Below are positions 26,166 to 39,814 of a stretch of DNA of 64,000 bases, piece after piece (the first letter of the stretch is position 1; the number at the start of each line of letters is the position of its first letter). The DNA is taken from positions 39,781 to 103,780 of the forward strand of contig JALMLS010000641.1 in assembly GCA_038496445.1 (NCBI GenBank). Direction: 5' to 3'. The notes beneath the pieces were generated by a model that was not told the DNA's origin, searched no databases, and worked only from the letters and a program-made list of their open reading frames with translations. The translations under genes were made by a program, and so were the position numbers. This DNA comes from Trichosphaerium sp. ATCC 40318. Taxonomy: Eukaryota; Protista; Tubulinea.

Positions 26166-26234
26166 TGTACCAGGTTTATTTTGAACGGCATTCGTTGCCA
26201 AAACAGTCAAAATTTTTCACGCTTTTTGAAGTAA

Positions 26235-27615
26235 ATGACAGCCAACGGCGTTCGTGTCACTGTTCTAGGGGCTGGTGTTATAGGGCTCTCTACAGCGTAC
26301 GCCTTGTTGAATACAGGCAGAGTATCTAAGCTTACAATTGTCGCTGATCGCTTTACGCCTAATACTACATCTGGTTATTATTTACGTGCCGCCATAATGA
26401 TAATAACACCATTGTAGATGGCGCTGGAGGGATTTGGTTTCCTTACAAAATAGAACCAAAAGAAAAGGCTTTACAATGGTCTATTGAGACATGGAAGGTA
26501 TTTGACGCTTTAACGGCAACTCACGGAGACATTGGAATATCATTGGTTTCAGGTAAAGAATACTCAAGCAAACCATTGCCTCCAGAGATTCCATGGTGGT
26601 CACCACATGTTAAAGTACGTCAACACCGTGAGCCAACATCTTAACTGATACAAAGGACTTTGAACTGTTGTCTGACGACGAACTGATCCCTGACGCTGTT
26701 TGTGGATACTCATTTAAAGTACCTCTTGTACGTAACCTTACATATTTGGAATCAATGTCTTTTTGCTATCACGTGATTGCTCGAAGGAATATTTACAATG
26801 ATTTTGTTTAGGTAGAAACTTATCGCTATCTTCGCTGGCTTCATGATAAACTTGTGGGCCTTGGTGTAGTTTTTATTAAAAGATCTGTTACATCGTTACA
26901 AGATGAAATAGTATCAACTAAGGCGGACTTGTTGGTAAACTGCCTGGGCACGGGGAAACAATATTTAACAAATTGTACTCTAACAAATACTTTAGGTTTA
27001 GGAAACCGCGTGCTACTAAATGATAAGGAAATAACGGCTGTGAGAGGTGTTCTAGTACGCGCAAAGACTCCATCTAACGTAATTCCTCGGTTCTGGGACT
27101 TTCCAGACCATCCAAAAGGATTAAGCTATGGTATTATACGAAGGTATTAATTTCAAAAAAAACAAACAAAATGGCTTACGTGTGAAGGGATGTAGCCTTG
27201 TTTGGTGGCACAGATAATCAAGATGACTTCTCTTTGGAACCTCGTAAGTTATAACATCTTGTTAAACGATAATAACCATTGTAATAGGCGAGGATGCCGA
27301 GAGAATAGAAAAACAAGCAAAACAAATAGATCCATCATTTGCAGATTGGAAAGTTGAATCAGTGTGGTACCACCAACAATACTTTATTATTATTTAACGA
27401 ACCTATAACGACGTTCTTTGTTACTCAATATCAGCACTAGGGTTGGACAAAGGCCTTTCAGAACAAGTGTTAGATTAGAAAAAGATGATTCATTCAAAGA
27501 CTGTTTTGTAATACACAATTACGGACATGGAGGTGCTGGACATACAGTTCATTGGGGATGCGCACAAGAAGTAGTTAGTATCGCCCAATGCCTTCTTCGT
27601 AGGTCATCCTTATGA
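26235..27615 (+). CDS. DAO: D-amino-acid / D-aspartate oxidase family flavoenzyme, likely peroxisomal
   Basis: VTVLGAGVIGLSTA, FTPNTTSDGAGGIW, LVNCLGLG, AVRG, VGQRPFR and HNYGHGGAGHTVHWGCA; C-terminal SSL is a PTS1-like tripeptide. Confidence 0.93.
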
Positions 27616-28260
27616 CACTCAATATTTGGTGTCTAATACAAAATCTCTTGTTTCTGGTTGGAATCTCAAAAAAAAAGTAGTCAACGGAAAAAACGTGTAC
27701 TTGTAACAAATGACTGTACAATCAAAGCAGTAGCTACCAATGTTGGCGCCAAAAACTCCTTGCTATGCATACGTTAGACAGTGCAGCTGCGATAGTTTGA
27801 GGACACTACAATCGCCTGTTAGTCATTTTATTCTGTAAAGAACCAAGGGCGATCAAAACAAGTTTACCCTAACGTCAACGCGCAAACCAGTCCAACTAAA
27901 CGTTTCTTACAAAAACGAAGCTATAAAACGTTGAAAAAAATGTCACTCGCTTTATGAGCCTGAAGAAACTATAAACGTTACCTCCGGAGTCTGCTTAGGT
28001 TGGTTGAACATCGTAAAAACATTAAAATGGCCACGCCTCCTTTTCTGCTTATTTTTTCGAAAAAAAATGTGAATCTAGAGTCGAGATTAACTGTGGTATG
28101 CAATAAACGGTGAACCAGCTGCTGACTTAAAAGAATCTTTTTTTCGCAATCAATTTCATGAAAGTCTCCTTTGGCAAACACAACGCAACGAATGGGCTCC
28201 GCAAATCAAAAAGAAAATAACAAGCTAACGCGACATCACGCAAAGCAGCTTTTTAAGAAG

Positions 28261-29074
28261 ATGCCGTACTCTAGAAACTTCCAAATGACAAAAAGCGCAG
28301 CCTTAGCATTCCCACAAGACTACGAGGACAATATCGAGTTTTATTACTTTGGCGGTGGAACACAGGTGCAAAAAACGTAGAAAATACTCTTAATTAACTA
28401 GTAATAGCATGGAGGTATTATATTTAGAGGTGTACAGAATAAAGCAATTGTCGGCAAAGTTGAATTGCTCCACATAAAAAAGTCCGATTGCTAATTAACA
28501 ACCTATCAACAAGCTCACAACGTTCATAGAAAGGGCCTTAAGGTAAAATGGACAGTTAGAGTATCAATAGCTTCTTGGCGAGCGAAACCAAAGGATATTA
28601 AAAGATCTACGCACAAATGGACGCCGTTTTCTTTCTTACAACTATGTCATACATACAACGAAGACAAATTCAAGATATACCATATGCTTTTCTCTAATTG
28701 CAACGCATTCGCTCACCACTTAACGCAGTACGTAGTAAACATCATAACAAACGAAAAAAACACAGTTTTAAAGCGCATCATTCCGTTTTTTTCGCTAAAT
28801 GTAAAAATGTAGCTACTTGCAGAAACATGTAGATGATGTTATACCTTTTGAACCAGATACAGAAAAAGCAATGTTAACAAACATGAGAGACTTGGGTACA
28901 CCTTTAGGTATTGGTGTTACAGTCGTACCAGATGATTGCGGTTTTGGAGACACTAGAGAGCTATCTGATGAACAAGTGTTAGGACCAACACCATCAGCGT
29001 CATTAGAAGATTTATCAGCTATAGCTGAGAGCTTACCTGAGAGTTCAGTAGAGGATTTATCGCCCATAGATTGA
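28261..29074 (+). CDS. PPPDE/DeSI- or LRAT-like permuted papain-fold peptidase
   Basis: Spliced: ..GGGTQHGGIIF (candidate catalytic His) ... KIYHMLFSNCNAFAHHL (NC motif), then an acidic tail (ORF 28817-29074). The start and second intron are uncertain. Confidence 0.65.
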
Positions 29075-29247
29075 CAAAAAAAAAAATGGAAAAAAAAAAT
29101 GTTAAATGTAAAGTAGAGTAAAGTACACAGTATTTGTTATTGAATACAGCAAGTCGTTGATGTGTCAGTGGGAATCTAAAAGCATGATTAATTTTTTTCA
29201 TGAAAAAAAGATAAAATTTTTTTGATGTTTTTCTCTGTTGTTGTGTG

Positions 29248-30175
29248 TCATTGAATCGGATTTTTTTGTACCATTTCTTCTGGACACTTTGGGCATGTAT
29301 ACCGCCATTGCATTGATATTGACATTGTTTCACATATAACTTCGTGGCCCCATCTAAAAGAAAAAAAAAACTGTTAGTTTTTTTAAGGCCGTTAAATAGT
29401 TCTGAGGCACCCGAAAGGAATGAACATCATATCTCCTTGTTCTAAATAAACTACAACCGGTTCGGATTTGAAAGGAAACAATGATGGATGCCATAACCTG
29501 GCCAAGAAATTAAAAAAAAAATGACATTCGGATTTCGCTACAAAAAGTTTGGATTGCGCTTTGTGTTGCTCATACTTTACTGTTTTTTTGCCTCGAACTT
29601 GTAGTAACCATCCATGTGTTTCATGGCCATCTACATGAACAGGAGAAATTGCACCAGGTGGACCAACAAAGAGATAACAATATTGTGCTAAACGAATAGT
29701 GTCAGAGGTGAGTAGTGGTTTGGGGATGGCGTACTGCTAAAATTTCTGCGCGTTGACCACTTTTCAAGATATTCAGGAAACCCATCTTCAGCTAAAGCTA
29801 CTATATCGTTGGCACTCTTCTGAATTTGCCAATCTGCAGCGTAGAACGTTTGTTTATCGCTCTTTTCGTCAAGTGAGCCACAATAGTCAAAATATTCGTT
29901 AAATGTCATCGTTGTAGAGCCGCCATTGACGTAGTCTCTAGCCTGTGGACATTTTAACGTTCTAAAAGATTGTTTTAACATACTTTTATCTCGTTATCTC
30001 CATGATGAGTTTTAATATACTCAAAAGAGAGCGTTTTGAACAGTTTGGAATTCACCAAACCTCCACGAACTACTACAGCCTTGTTTGGGCTCAAAAACTT
30101 CTCATTATATTGCTTGCAACTTAGCGTGGTTACATAGTCAACTGAGGTTAACGTATGCTGTTCATCTACCTCCAT
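29248..30175 (-). CDS. JmjC/cupin-like Fe(II)/2-oxoglutarate oxygenase
   Basis: FLSPNKAVVVRG, LFVGPPGAISPVHVD (HxD), WLLQVRGKK and LEQGDMMFIPFGWGHEV (distal His). Confidence 0.9.
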
Positions 30176-30369
30176 TCGCTCTGTTTAAGTCAAATTCCAT
30201 TAAGATTACTCGAAAGGCTCTAAGAGCCACGGAACAATAAATAAACCTCACAAATTACAACAATCCCACTAACCCTAAACCAATTATGACACCACGTTGA
30301 CCTTATACAAAAGCGATCTATTTACAAATATCTTACAAGCAATTTTTTGTGTTTGAACTCCATCAAACC

Positions 30370-32719
30370 TTAATCTAAAGGTGTGAGATTTATCAATCCA
30401 CCGTGAACACGGAATACAAGTTTAGTTGTCTTAAGGGCGCTTCTAAGCTTCCCCGCTTCAACACGCTGTACTTCAGCCCATTTGGTACGTTTGATGGCCC
30501 TTTAAGCAAAGTCAGAAGGAAAGAAACAATGAAATGAACAAAAACCAAGAAAACAAGTCCTACACGCACCTAAACTTTCCTTTGGAGAACTGAATAGTCT
30601 CAGTACTACGTAATTGCTTATCATCTCCATTGATGTGTATTTCCACACGCAGAGAGGACAAGAAATTCAATTTTCTTAACGGTGCAAGTGTTGGCAACTC
30701 AGGTCTCATAATCTCGATAAAAAGTTCCAATTCTTCCAATTGTGGCTGAACCAAATGTGTCATAGCTTCTCCAAGAACGCGAGATAGATACTCCAGGGAC
30801 TGTGTATCTTGTTTAATAGCAATAGATAGTCTTTTTAAGCTTGGAAACTTGATATGTTTTGTGAAATTCCAAAAGTAAGGTTCATGTATCTCACAATCTT
30901 CTAAAGAAAAAAAAAAGAGTAAGTCACGAGTTACAAAAGACAACAAGCTATTATTATAAAAATAATCGAAACAAAAAAGCGAAAAAATGAAGTACGATTG
31001 GGTAGTATTGATATTCTAGTCAACCATGTTGGTATTACTGGAAAGTACGGAAAGCCAAAGGGAGGTTTTTACAAAAAGAAGAAAAAAAATCTTATTAAAT
31101 TTTCAAACGTACTAGCACTCAATACAATACGTTTAAGAGATGTTAATCTAGTAAACGTAGCATTATCAGTCTGTAAAAACCCATCAACATTTACTGAAAC
31201 ATCCAAACAACTCAGCTTAGGAAGAGCTGTGAGTTTAACTAAATCTTCCAACATTATATATGGTACAGAATGACTATAAAGTGTTTTGCTGAAGAAACAA
31301 ATTGGCGTAAGAGATAGCACACGAAGTGATGATAACTTATTAATCTCAGCGAGATGTACATGACCACCACGAGAGAACCCAATATGAAGACTTCCTAAAG
31401 CAAAACAAAAAGTCAAAAAAAAACATTCAAGAAACTTTTCGAACATACGTAATCCTACTAACGTTGTAGGTAACTGAAGTCTCTGTGGCATAAGTTGTTC
31501 CTCGTATGTAAGACTCTTGAGATTCACCAAATCGACCAACCGAACGTCTCGAGTGAACTAATGATATAAACTGTAAGAAACAAAACAAGCCAAATAAACA
31601 CAAAAAAGAATAACTGGTTTTTGCTTTTTATCAGTCTGACCTAGCATCAGCAATGAAGTTATAAACCGAGATCGGTTTGTCTAATCATATAAATCGGGTA
31701 CACACAATTTACAAGTGTTTGTATGGAGAAAACAAATAAAAAAGAAAAAAACGCACATAATATAGCCCTTTAACTCGTAATCTCTTCAATGTTGTCCATC
31801 CCTATATCAACATTTATCATCTTTAAATCAAAACAATTGCTATCATACCTCAATAAGAGAACGAACACCTTCATAATCCCTACGACCACCATGAATCCAA
31901 CGATCCAATTGCAACTGCAATTCTGTCATTTCTAACAAAATAAAATTAATAAAAAACTACGAATCTATCAACTCCCACATAGCTGGATTTTCAAACAAAA
32001 ATATGACGTACGTGGAAACTTGCTTCTAATAAAAACAGCCAACTCCTTTGTAATCTCAGCGCTTGTAGCCTTGATATGTAATCCTGTTAAATTTGAAGAG
32101 AACATGTCAAGGCACTCTCGCTTAAGTAAGTTCTTATCAACGGACACTTTCTGCACGTGTTGTAATACATTATGATTTGCAAGCAATACAAACTCTCTAT
32201 TTTTATAAAAACCTTTGATAAGCCACAATACCACAACACGACAAAACGAATAAAAACTCCAAAAAAAAAAAAAGCGTACTTAAACTGACGATTAAGAAAT
32301 TGATCACCAACAAAATCAACATGTCTACCTTGCCTTGATGAAAGCGTCAGAGTGTTTTTTGATTTTCTGTAATCCACAACTTACCACGTGCGTGCGGTGA
32401 ACATACAGTGATGCCAAGACTTTGATACCCTTATACAAGTTATTAATAAAAGAACAAAGAAGACATAGAAGCACTACTGTGGTGCCCAAAAAAGAAAGCA
32501 AAAAAACAAGAATTTAACAGTCTCGTGGTTAAAAGTAAAACAACTCCTTCGTACAACATCAAAGAGTCATAGTATCGCTCTAGGCATTTTATATGTGAGA
32601 ATATCTCAACAATTAGCTCCTGTGGTAATGGAGCAACTTGAATAACATCAACCTGTTAAAAAAAGCTTTTTGTCAATTTAACTCTGAAAAAAATAAATAC
32701 ACCCATTATGTTTGGCCAT
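30370..32719 (-). CDS. F-box protein with degenerate leucine-rich repeats
   Basis: LPQELIVEIFSHI (F-box) near the N-terminus; repeats LVNLKSLTY, LSSLRVLSL, LPKLSCLDV, LTSLKRIVL, FPSLKRLSI and PQLEELEL. Confidence 0.8.
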
Positions 32720-32970
32720 TACATACCCTTTTTCTCTGTTTCCTCTTTGCTTGACGACTAATTTTCGCCCAATAATTTAATTGTGTGACAAACTCATCAA
32801 CATCCTAACCAGTACACCGTGAGTAATTGTGTAGTCATAAATGTGTATAAAAAACAGCTAAAAAGCGATTTGGAACTAATAATAAAGATGTTTTTGAAAA
32901 AAACAAAAAAAAATAGTAAAAAAGCGTGTATTCCAGTCCGTGATTATAATACTGAATGACAAGGGAGGTA

Positions 32971-33384
32971 TCAGAATTGATAAATCTTATTGCGTTTTAA
33001 ATAAAATAAGTGCAATTTCCAAAAAAACTGCAAACACCTCTGCAGTGCTTCCGTCGCTATGGGAAAGCGTTGTGTATTGTTTTCAGAAGTAAAAATGGAG
33101 CCAAAACGCTGCAATACCTGTTCCGGGTTTTTCTTGCCGTCGTTTGCTAGTAACGCTATGAAGCTTTCTCTGTTGTTAACCACGCGATCAGCGATCAAGT
33201 CCGCGAGAGGGTGCAAAAACGTGTTGATATCCCACGGGTCGCTTTTTACTGGAGAAATAGGTTGTTCAAACCGCCTGCAAGTCACTTAGGAATAACAACA
33301 CGAAGTTCATTGCGAAATAGCGACGTGCCTTTTCAAAGGAGGTGATAGTGATAGTTTTTTAGGCCGTGAGTTGAAGCCGTACAT
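32971..33384 (-). CDS. Small hypothetical protein
   Basis: MYGFNSRPKKLSLSPPLK joins ORF 32971-33285 (RRFEQPISPVKSDPWDINTFLHPLADLIADRVV) in frame through a GC-AG intron. No family recognised. Confidence 0.4.
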
Positions 33385-34820
33385 ACTTAGAGCGTATTGA
33401 TGACCTTCTTATTGCTTAATTTAAAAAGCTGTTGGCTTAGCTCAAAAATTTTTTAAAACTCTTTCTTATGGAGTCGGCCACACCTAAATGAGTGCTAAAA
33501 CACAGCAGAAGAATATACAAGCTAGAGGCTTCGAATGTACGTATCTCGAAACAGTATTTGTTCGTAAACTAAGTAAAAGTAGTCCTGGATCATACAGCAG
33601 ACGTTCAAATACATTCTTGTGCGTAGGTAGTATTTTCACTGCACCACTAACAGTTTTTTACGCAAAGGGGGTAAATCAGTTAAAGAAGCGTTCGAAAAGG
33701 TTAGTACAGCGTAATTTGTGCCTAACAGCATTTTACCATAAAAACGGTTGCAGTTTAACGGCTGTTGCAATACACTTCACCTGCCTTAGCTAAACGATTT
33801 TTAGGCAGCACTTGCGTGTTATGACTGCATGACAAGCCTCGACAAAGTAGAAATAAGCAATCCACCACAGGAGCACACTTTCGAGGTTGAAGGTCGCCGT
33901 CCCGCTTTCAATACGCGTATATTTTACAACTATGATTAGGAGAGGACTTAGAGAGCCTGTTGTATTCTTTTCTTGAAGAGTTCTTATTTGTTTTCGGCAC
34001 TGATTTCCTTGTTTGTAAAGAAATTATAATTTTATGTACGTTTTTCGGGTCTCGGGTTGTTTTAAAGTTAATAAACCAAAAGAACTAACAAGTGTTCACT
34101 AGCTTTTGATAAAGAGAACTTCAAAATAAAGGCAGTGGGGTACATACACAAGAGTTTCCTTATCATTAAAACCAATTTGATCATAATTTATGATAAAAAG
34201 TTTGTTTTTCGAAAATAATTAACACGTATTCATCTGGATGTCCTTGGTATCTCGTGTAACACCTAACACTATTTCTTTAGGCGTGGTGAGACGTTTGATT
34301 TGAAGAAACATGAACAAGGAACAGAAATAAAGGCTATAACTTATTCAGCTATGCGTATTATTGAAACGGACATGAGATGTGATATCTACGTTATTGTAGA
34401 TATATAGAATAATTCACAAAACCCCCAAGGAATTAGAGTCAAAACTACAAAAAAGGAAAACAAAAAAAACCACAAGTCGGCGAGAAAGTCTCGTTTCTAC
34501 GTTGGATTACAATAAAAAAAAAAAGCGCTAAGTTTTATTTTCAAAAAGGTCATGGGTGGCTAAGTTGGGATAATTTTTGGAGTTGTCTTGTGTTTTCCCA
34601 ACTTGTGAAAACTCCATGCCATGATTATTCGTGGAGCTACTCGAATTTGATGGTCGGGTTTTTGCCCGAGCAACTGGAAAAAAAACTGTAAAATTTAATT
34701 TTAAAATACTCGGAAGGAATATAATATGATTTTTACAGAAGATTGGTGTAGTTTATTGAAAAAAAATTATAAACATAAAGGATCACCTGAACTTTGTTTT
34801 TGTTTTAGCTAATGTACATT

Positions 34821-35690
34821 TCAATGTTTTTCCTCAGTGTCAGTAAAGTGTTCTTTTCTTTCCGGAAGAGACTCACTTTCTTGTTGTGGAGGTGTAGGAG
34901 GCCTATTTCTGATAGGTGGTAGCGTTATAGGTAGGTTTGTTTGGTTTCGTATTGGAGATAAAATTATTGGCTTAAAACGCCTGATTGGCTCGTTTGCAGA
35001 TGTAGTTGGTTTAAATCCAGTGTTACACCTTACCTGCGGTGGATTCAACTGCCTAGTGCTACTTCGTTTTCTTACTCCTTGTAGTTGATTTGGCTCGTAA
35101 GAGTTTGTTGAGAAAGTAAATGTTCTTCCTTGTGTTTGTTGTTGTTGTGGAATATATACATTGTTTGGTAAAGGAAGTCTTACTGTGTTTTGGGCAATAG
35201 GTGCCATTCCAGGAGTACATGTAGGATGCGAATTTCGGACTTGCCTTTGTGGAGGCAAAACATCGTTTCTTTGTGCTTGATACCAATGAGGCTCGTGGTT
35301 GTGCGCATGGGAATATACTACGTCTCTGTAACGGAAAAATGTTAACGTGATATTGTATACAAGACTAAAAGTCCGCTATTTTGCGCTGCACGTTCCCAAA
35401 TCGTAGATAACGTTTGCAAACACAGAATTGGTCTTCGAGTAGATCGGAACAACTCTTGAAAAGATTACTTACTTGAAGAGAGGATTGTCAGAGTTTACTT
35501 GTAAATGCTTTCTAGCCGGACAGGCACGCAATGCGCATCGATAATATAGCCGTACAAATTCTGAGTTTTTGATGCTCCGTCTGCCTACGTTGTGCCATCT
35601 ATACCCATCTACGCTTGTTGGAGCGTCACATGGGACGACTGTGTGTTTTTTATAGGTAAAGCTTGACATAAGCTCCTGAGGCTCTGACAT
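34821..35690 (-). CDS. WRKY-family transcription factor with a divergent heptapeptide (2 exons)
   Basis: DGYRWHNVGRRSIKNSEFVRLYYRCALRACPARKHLQ..DVVYSHAHNH gives C-X4-C-X23-H-X-H; Pro/Gln-rich C-terminal region. Confidence 0.85.
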
Positions 35691-37551
35691 TTTGTTTGAA
35701 TATCAAGAGCGTGATAGCTTTGTAGCACACAAACAAATAAGACCACTCGAGCTATTTCTTTTTTCTCAAGCATAAAACGCGTGCGTAGCGTGTTCCATCA
35801 TTTAAAGTGTATGTGAAATATTGTTTCTTTATGCTTTATAGGCTTCTCGTTTTTAGTGGCTATGCCCGTAATTTTAGTTACGTTTTAATAAAATTACACG
35901 TTTCCAATTCGGGAGATTGGTAATTTCTTGATTACTAGACTCAACAACGACCATCCAAAAATGTACAAATGGAAAATGTATGTTTATTACAGTATATAGA
36001 AGTAAACACAACATTTTTTAAAAGGTTTTTTGGGCGAACACTTTTAAGAATTTCAAGTTAAATGTCCTTTAGTGCTAAATAAACCTTGTTGGATAATAAA
36101 TATGCTAATTTAATGCTTCCGAGGTATTCCGCAGTCTTGTTGGTGATTTTTCAAACCAAAATTTTTAGCGATAGTCAGGAATTCGCTAGGATCGTATGTG
36201 CATACATTAACTAGCGGTTTTACGTTGTTTTCTTGAAGAAGGATATTCTGTGGTTACGCAAATAGAAACTGTGTGCTTATTCTATTCGAGAATTACCATG
36301 ATAGGTAGTGCTGCTTAGATATACTTACGAATGGGTACTAGTTCACTACAAAACGTACGGTAACTAAAAAGTTTTTCGACTGAACAATTCTGTTTCATAA
36401 TAGCTCCGGACATTCTTGTACCATTGAAGAGCATTCACATATTATATTTCGGGTTGTTTTATCATGTCAAGTTTTGTAGGTGACGAAATTGCGCAAACAT
36501 GACGTTTTTACAAATCGAAGCGTCAATAGATTAACGTACGCTTGGGCGCCATTATGTAGAAATTTGTGTTCAATTTGAGCTGCTGTAAGCCATAGTCTTT
36601 CATCATCTTTAAGCTAATCTAGCACGGAAACTGAAGGGTTACGCACCTACCTCTAAAAGGCTGACGCTGCTAGTGATGTTTTTAGCATGTTTTTGTACTG
36701 TTGCAGTGGCGTTGACGGTTTTTTTTCTCGGCTGTGACATCAAGACAAGGTATGATCTTGTGACCTTCTTCGGAGGCATACAATTCGGAATACCAACACT
36801 ACAAATGCAACCTCAACCGGTGTATACAGTTTGCATAACGTTGCTGGTAAGTATAGTTTACGTACGGCCTACTTTTGTCTACAATGACAGAACGACAAGA
36901 CAACTACTTCTACTGTTCACTGTTTTGTGTACATTTCTGTTTAGGCATTGTACACCACTAGATCTATTTTCACGAGTATTCAAAGTAGCGGGCGAACACA
37001 AGACGTAATAACTAGCTTGTACCGAAGCAAAATTTATGTCACAAATATTTTTCACATCATACGAAAATAAGCTTGATATAGCCACCAATTGTATTTTTTC
37101 ATATATTTCGTTACAGTTTTGGGTAGTAGAGAAAACTGTTAATACTTTTCTATCAAATTATGGTCACCACATTTATTTATAAACATATAATTATATAATT
37201 ATAAACTAATATCATTATGACAGACATCAAAAAAAAAAAAAAGAGTTATCAATTTTGTGTTCTTTATTTTCGAACGAAATTAGTTTATTGTATTTCCTTT
37301 CCGTTGCGCGTAGGTGTTCCATTTTTTTCATTTTTTTTTTCTGGATTCATTTTCTTTTTTCTGAAGACGATAGAAAGTAATTATGTGATTTTGTGGTGTA
37401 TCTTTCCGAAAAGTATTCCTACCGTCACCATAAACAACCAAGAACAACCAAGAACAGGCGGAAAAATATAAAACACCGCTAAGTGGACGTTTGTTAAGTG
37501 CATCTTTGTGAGAATGAGATTGACAGCGTTCTAGTAAGTTGTTTCAACGCT

Positions 37552-39603
37552 ATGTTCCCTGTTGTTAATCCAACAGAGTCATTTTGGCAGCGTACTACAA
37601 ACTTTTCACCAAAACAATCTACAGAATCGCAATTACCGTCAAAATGCGATGTTTGTATCGTCGGTGCGTATTGTATCACGAATTAAGCGTTTATTCTGAT
37701 GAACGTACAGGTGGAGGCATGGTGGGCGTGTCATGTGCCTACTGGTTACAAAAACTATCCCCACAAGCGAGCGTGGTGTTATTAGAAGCGCGTGACTTAT
37801 GTGGAGGTACGTAGTGGTTTATTACCAAGTTTTTGCTTAAAACGTGAGTTAGGCGCTACTGGACGTAATGGTGGCCATATGTACGGTGGTATTAGCACAA
37901 TAATCAACTAATTTACTAGGTGGCCATGCTACACGGAACCAGACGTACAAAAGTGTCAGTATGAAGAGAGCATCATTGATTTTCAACAATTAAATGTTGA
38001 TGGCGTCAAAAGTACGCTCTACAACGAGATGACCAGTTTTTTTCTGTGAAATTGTTTTCATTCAAAATCCTCAAGCTCATCAACGTACACCTAATAGAGA
38101 CTATCGAAGACTTAAAAATACAATGCGATTTTCGCACTGTTGGTGGTGTAGAGTACGTTAACCTAAAATACTTGTCCGTTGTCTGAGATTTTGATTGTTT
38201 CCTTTTTTTTGAAATAGGTTGTTTGATTGTGAAAAAGTTGTTGCAAGTAATTACATTGAGTCTATTCTAAGTGGTAAAACACTTCGTGGCGAATCTTTAC
38301 GTGTTCTTGATGACAAAGAGATTGCAGATAAAATAGGGACAGGAAAATATAAGGTAAACTTTTTGAAGGGTGGTATCTAAATCACGTGACGTCATGAGGC
38401 GAGAAACTAACAATTTTTTTTTTTAAAGGTTGGAGCATTTCAAGCTAGTGTTTCTCAGTTTTGGCCTTCTAAGTTTGTAATGGGTGTTGCTTCGTCATTG
38501 AAAGAAAGGTTCGTTTTGGTAATTCAATGTTGAGATTAGCTATGAACTAATCTTGGCTTAGCGTTGACATACATACGTTTACTACTGTACATAGCATATC
38601 ATCAACAAGAAACGATGATGGTTCTGTAAACTTAAAAACAAGCAAAGGTATTACATCGTAAAGTTAAACAGCGGATTGATAGTAATTGCTGACAATATTC
38701 GAAAAAGTATTAGCTTCTGACGATTTCCTTTTAAGGTGAAATATGTGCTCTTAAACTAATAGTAGCAACTAACGGATACACTGCTGGTATACTCCCAGAA
38801 TTTAAAGATCATATTATACCAGTTAGAGGTAAATAGATGATCATATATTTTATTTTTGGTACAAGCAAATGTTGCAACTAACAAAAACGATCAAAAGGTC
38901 ACATTATTTCAACGAAACCTCTTAAACAAATGAACCTAAAACATAATATTGCTTTCCCTGAAAGCATCGAGTACTTAATTCAAAGGGAAGATGGTCGTAT
39001 TATATTTGGATCAGGACATGAAGAGAAAGTCTTTGATGATGCAAACTTGAACAAAAAAATTGTGTATGTTGCTCTAAAACTCTTAATATTGTTTTATTGA
39101 CGTCTATGACAAAGAAATGAAATAGAAGAGTTTCTTCATGAAAAGTGGGGTCTAGATAGGACAGTTATTGATCAGTATTGGGCAGGTATTATGGTAAGCT
39201 CAAGATCACTAATCAACAAAAATTTTCCATTGAATCAAAACATAATATGTTTGATTAAACTGACGACTTGTTCTCAAGGGATACACAAAGGATCACCATC
39301 CAGTTATTGGACCTGTACCAAATCGAGAGAATACTTTCATTGTAGCAGGATTTTCAGGTAAGTCAAAGCCTTGCAACTAAACGTTAAGAGCTTGTTTTTA
39401 TTTTGAGTTCTTGGGTAAACTAAGATCAACTTTAGGTGAGGGTATGTCCCTTGGATTTCAAGCTGGAAAGACTATAGCAAATTTAGTATGTGGGAAAATA
39501 GATGAAAAAAGCCTAGTGCCTAGGTAAGCCCATTTCCTAACAGAATCACAAACATGAGCTTACTATTTTATCATCTAGTTTTTTGCCAAGCAGATTTTTT
39601 TAA
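37552..39603 (+). CDS. FAD-dependent oxidoreductase (DAO/PuuB-like glycine/amine oxidase family)
   Basis: SFW..DVCIVGGGMVGVSCAYWL..VVLLEARDLCGGATGRNGGH; IVATNGYT, IIPVRGHI, WAGIMGYTKDHHPVIGPVP and AGFSGEGM. Confidence 0.9.
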
Positions 39604-39814
39604 CCTTTACCATGACCTTAAAATCCCGTCACTTATGGATATCCATGTACATTTGTAAATACAATAAATACCTAATAGATACTATGGAGGCTTAATTTTA
39701 GCCCACAACATCAATAAACTAACTGAGACAACTCGGAAGAAAAGAAAAAAATTGCCAAAAAAAGAAGGTGTCAGAATCTTCCTCCTTTATTTTTTAAATA
39801 CATAACTCAATTAT

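Noticed and set aside
36480-36800. Possible minus-strand gene (MPPKKVTRS...LKDDERLWL) or RNase P-like ACAATTCGGAATAC element
   Set aside because: I could not build a complete spliced frame or find the matching P4 strand; left unannotated.
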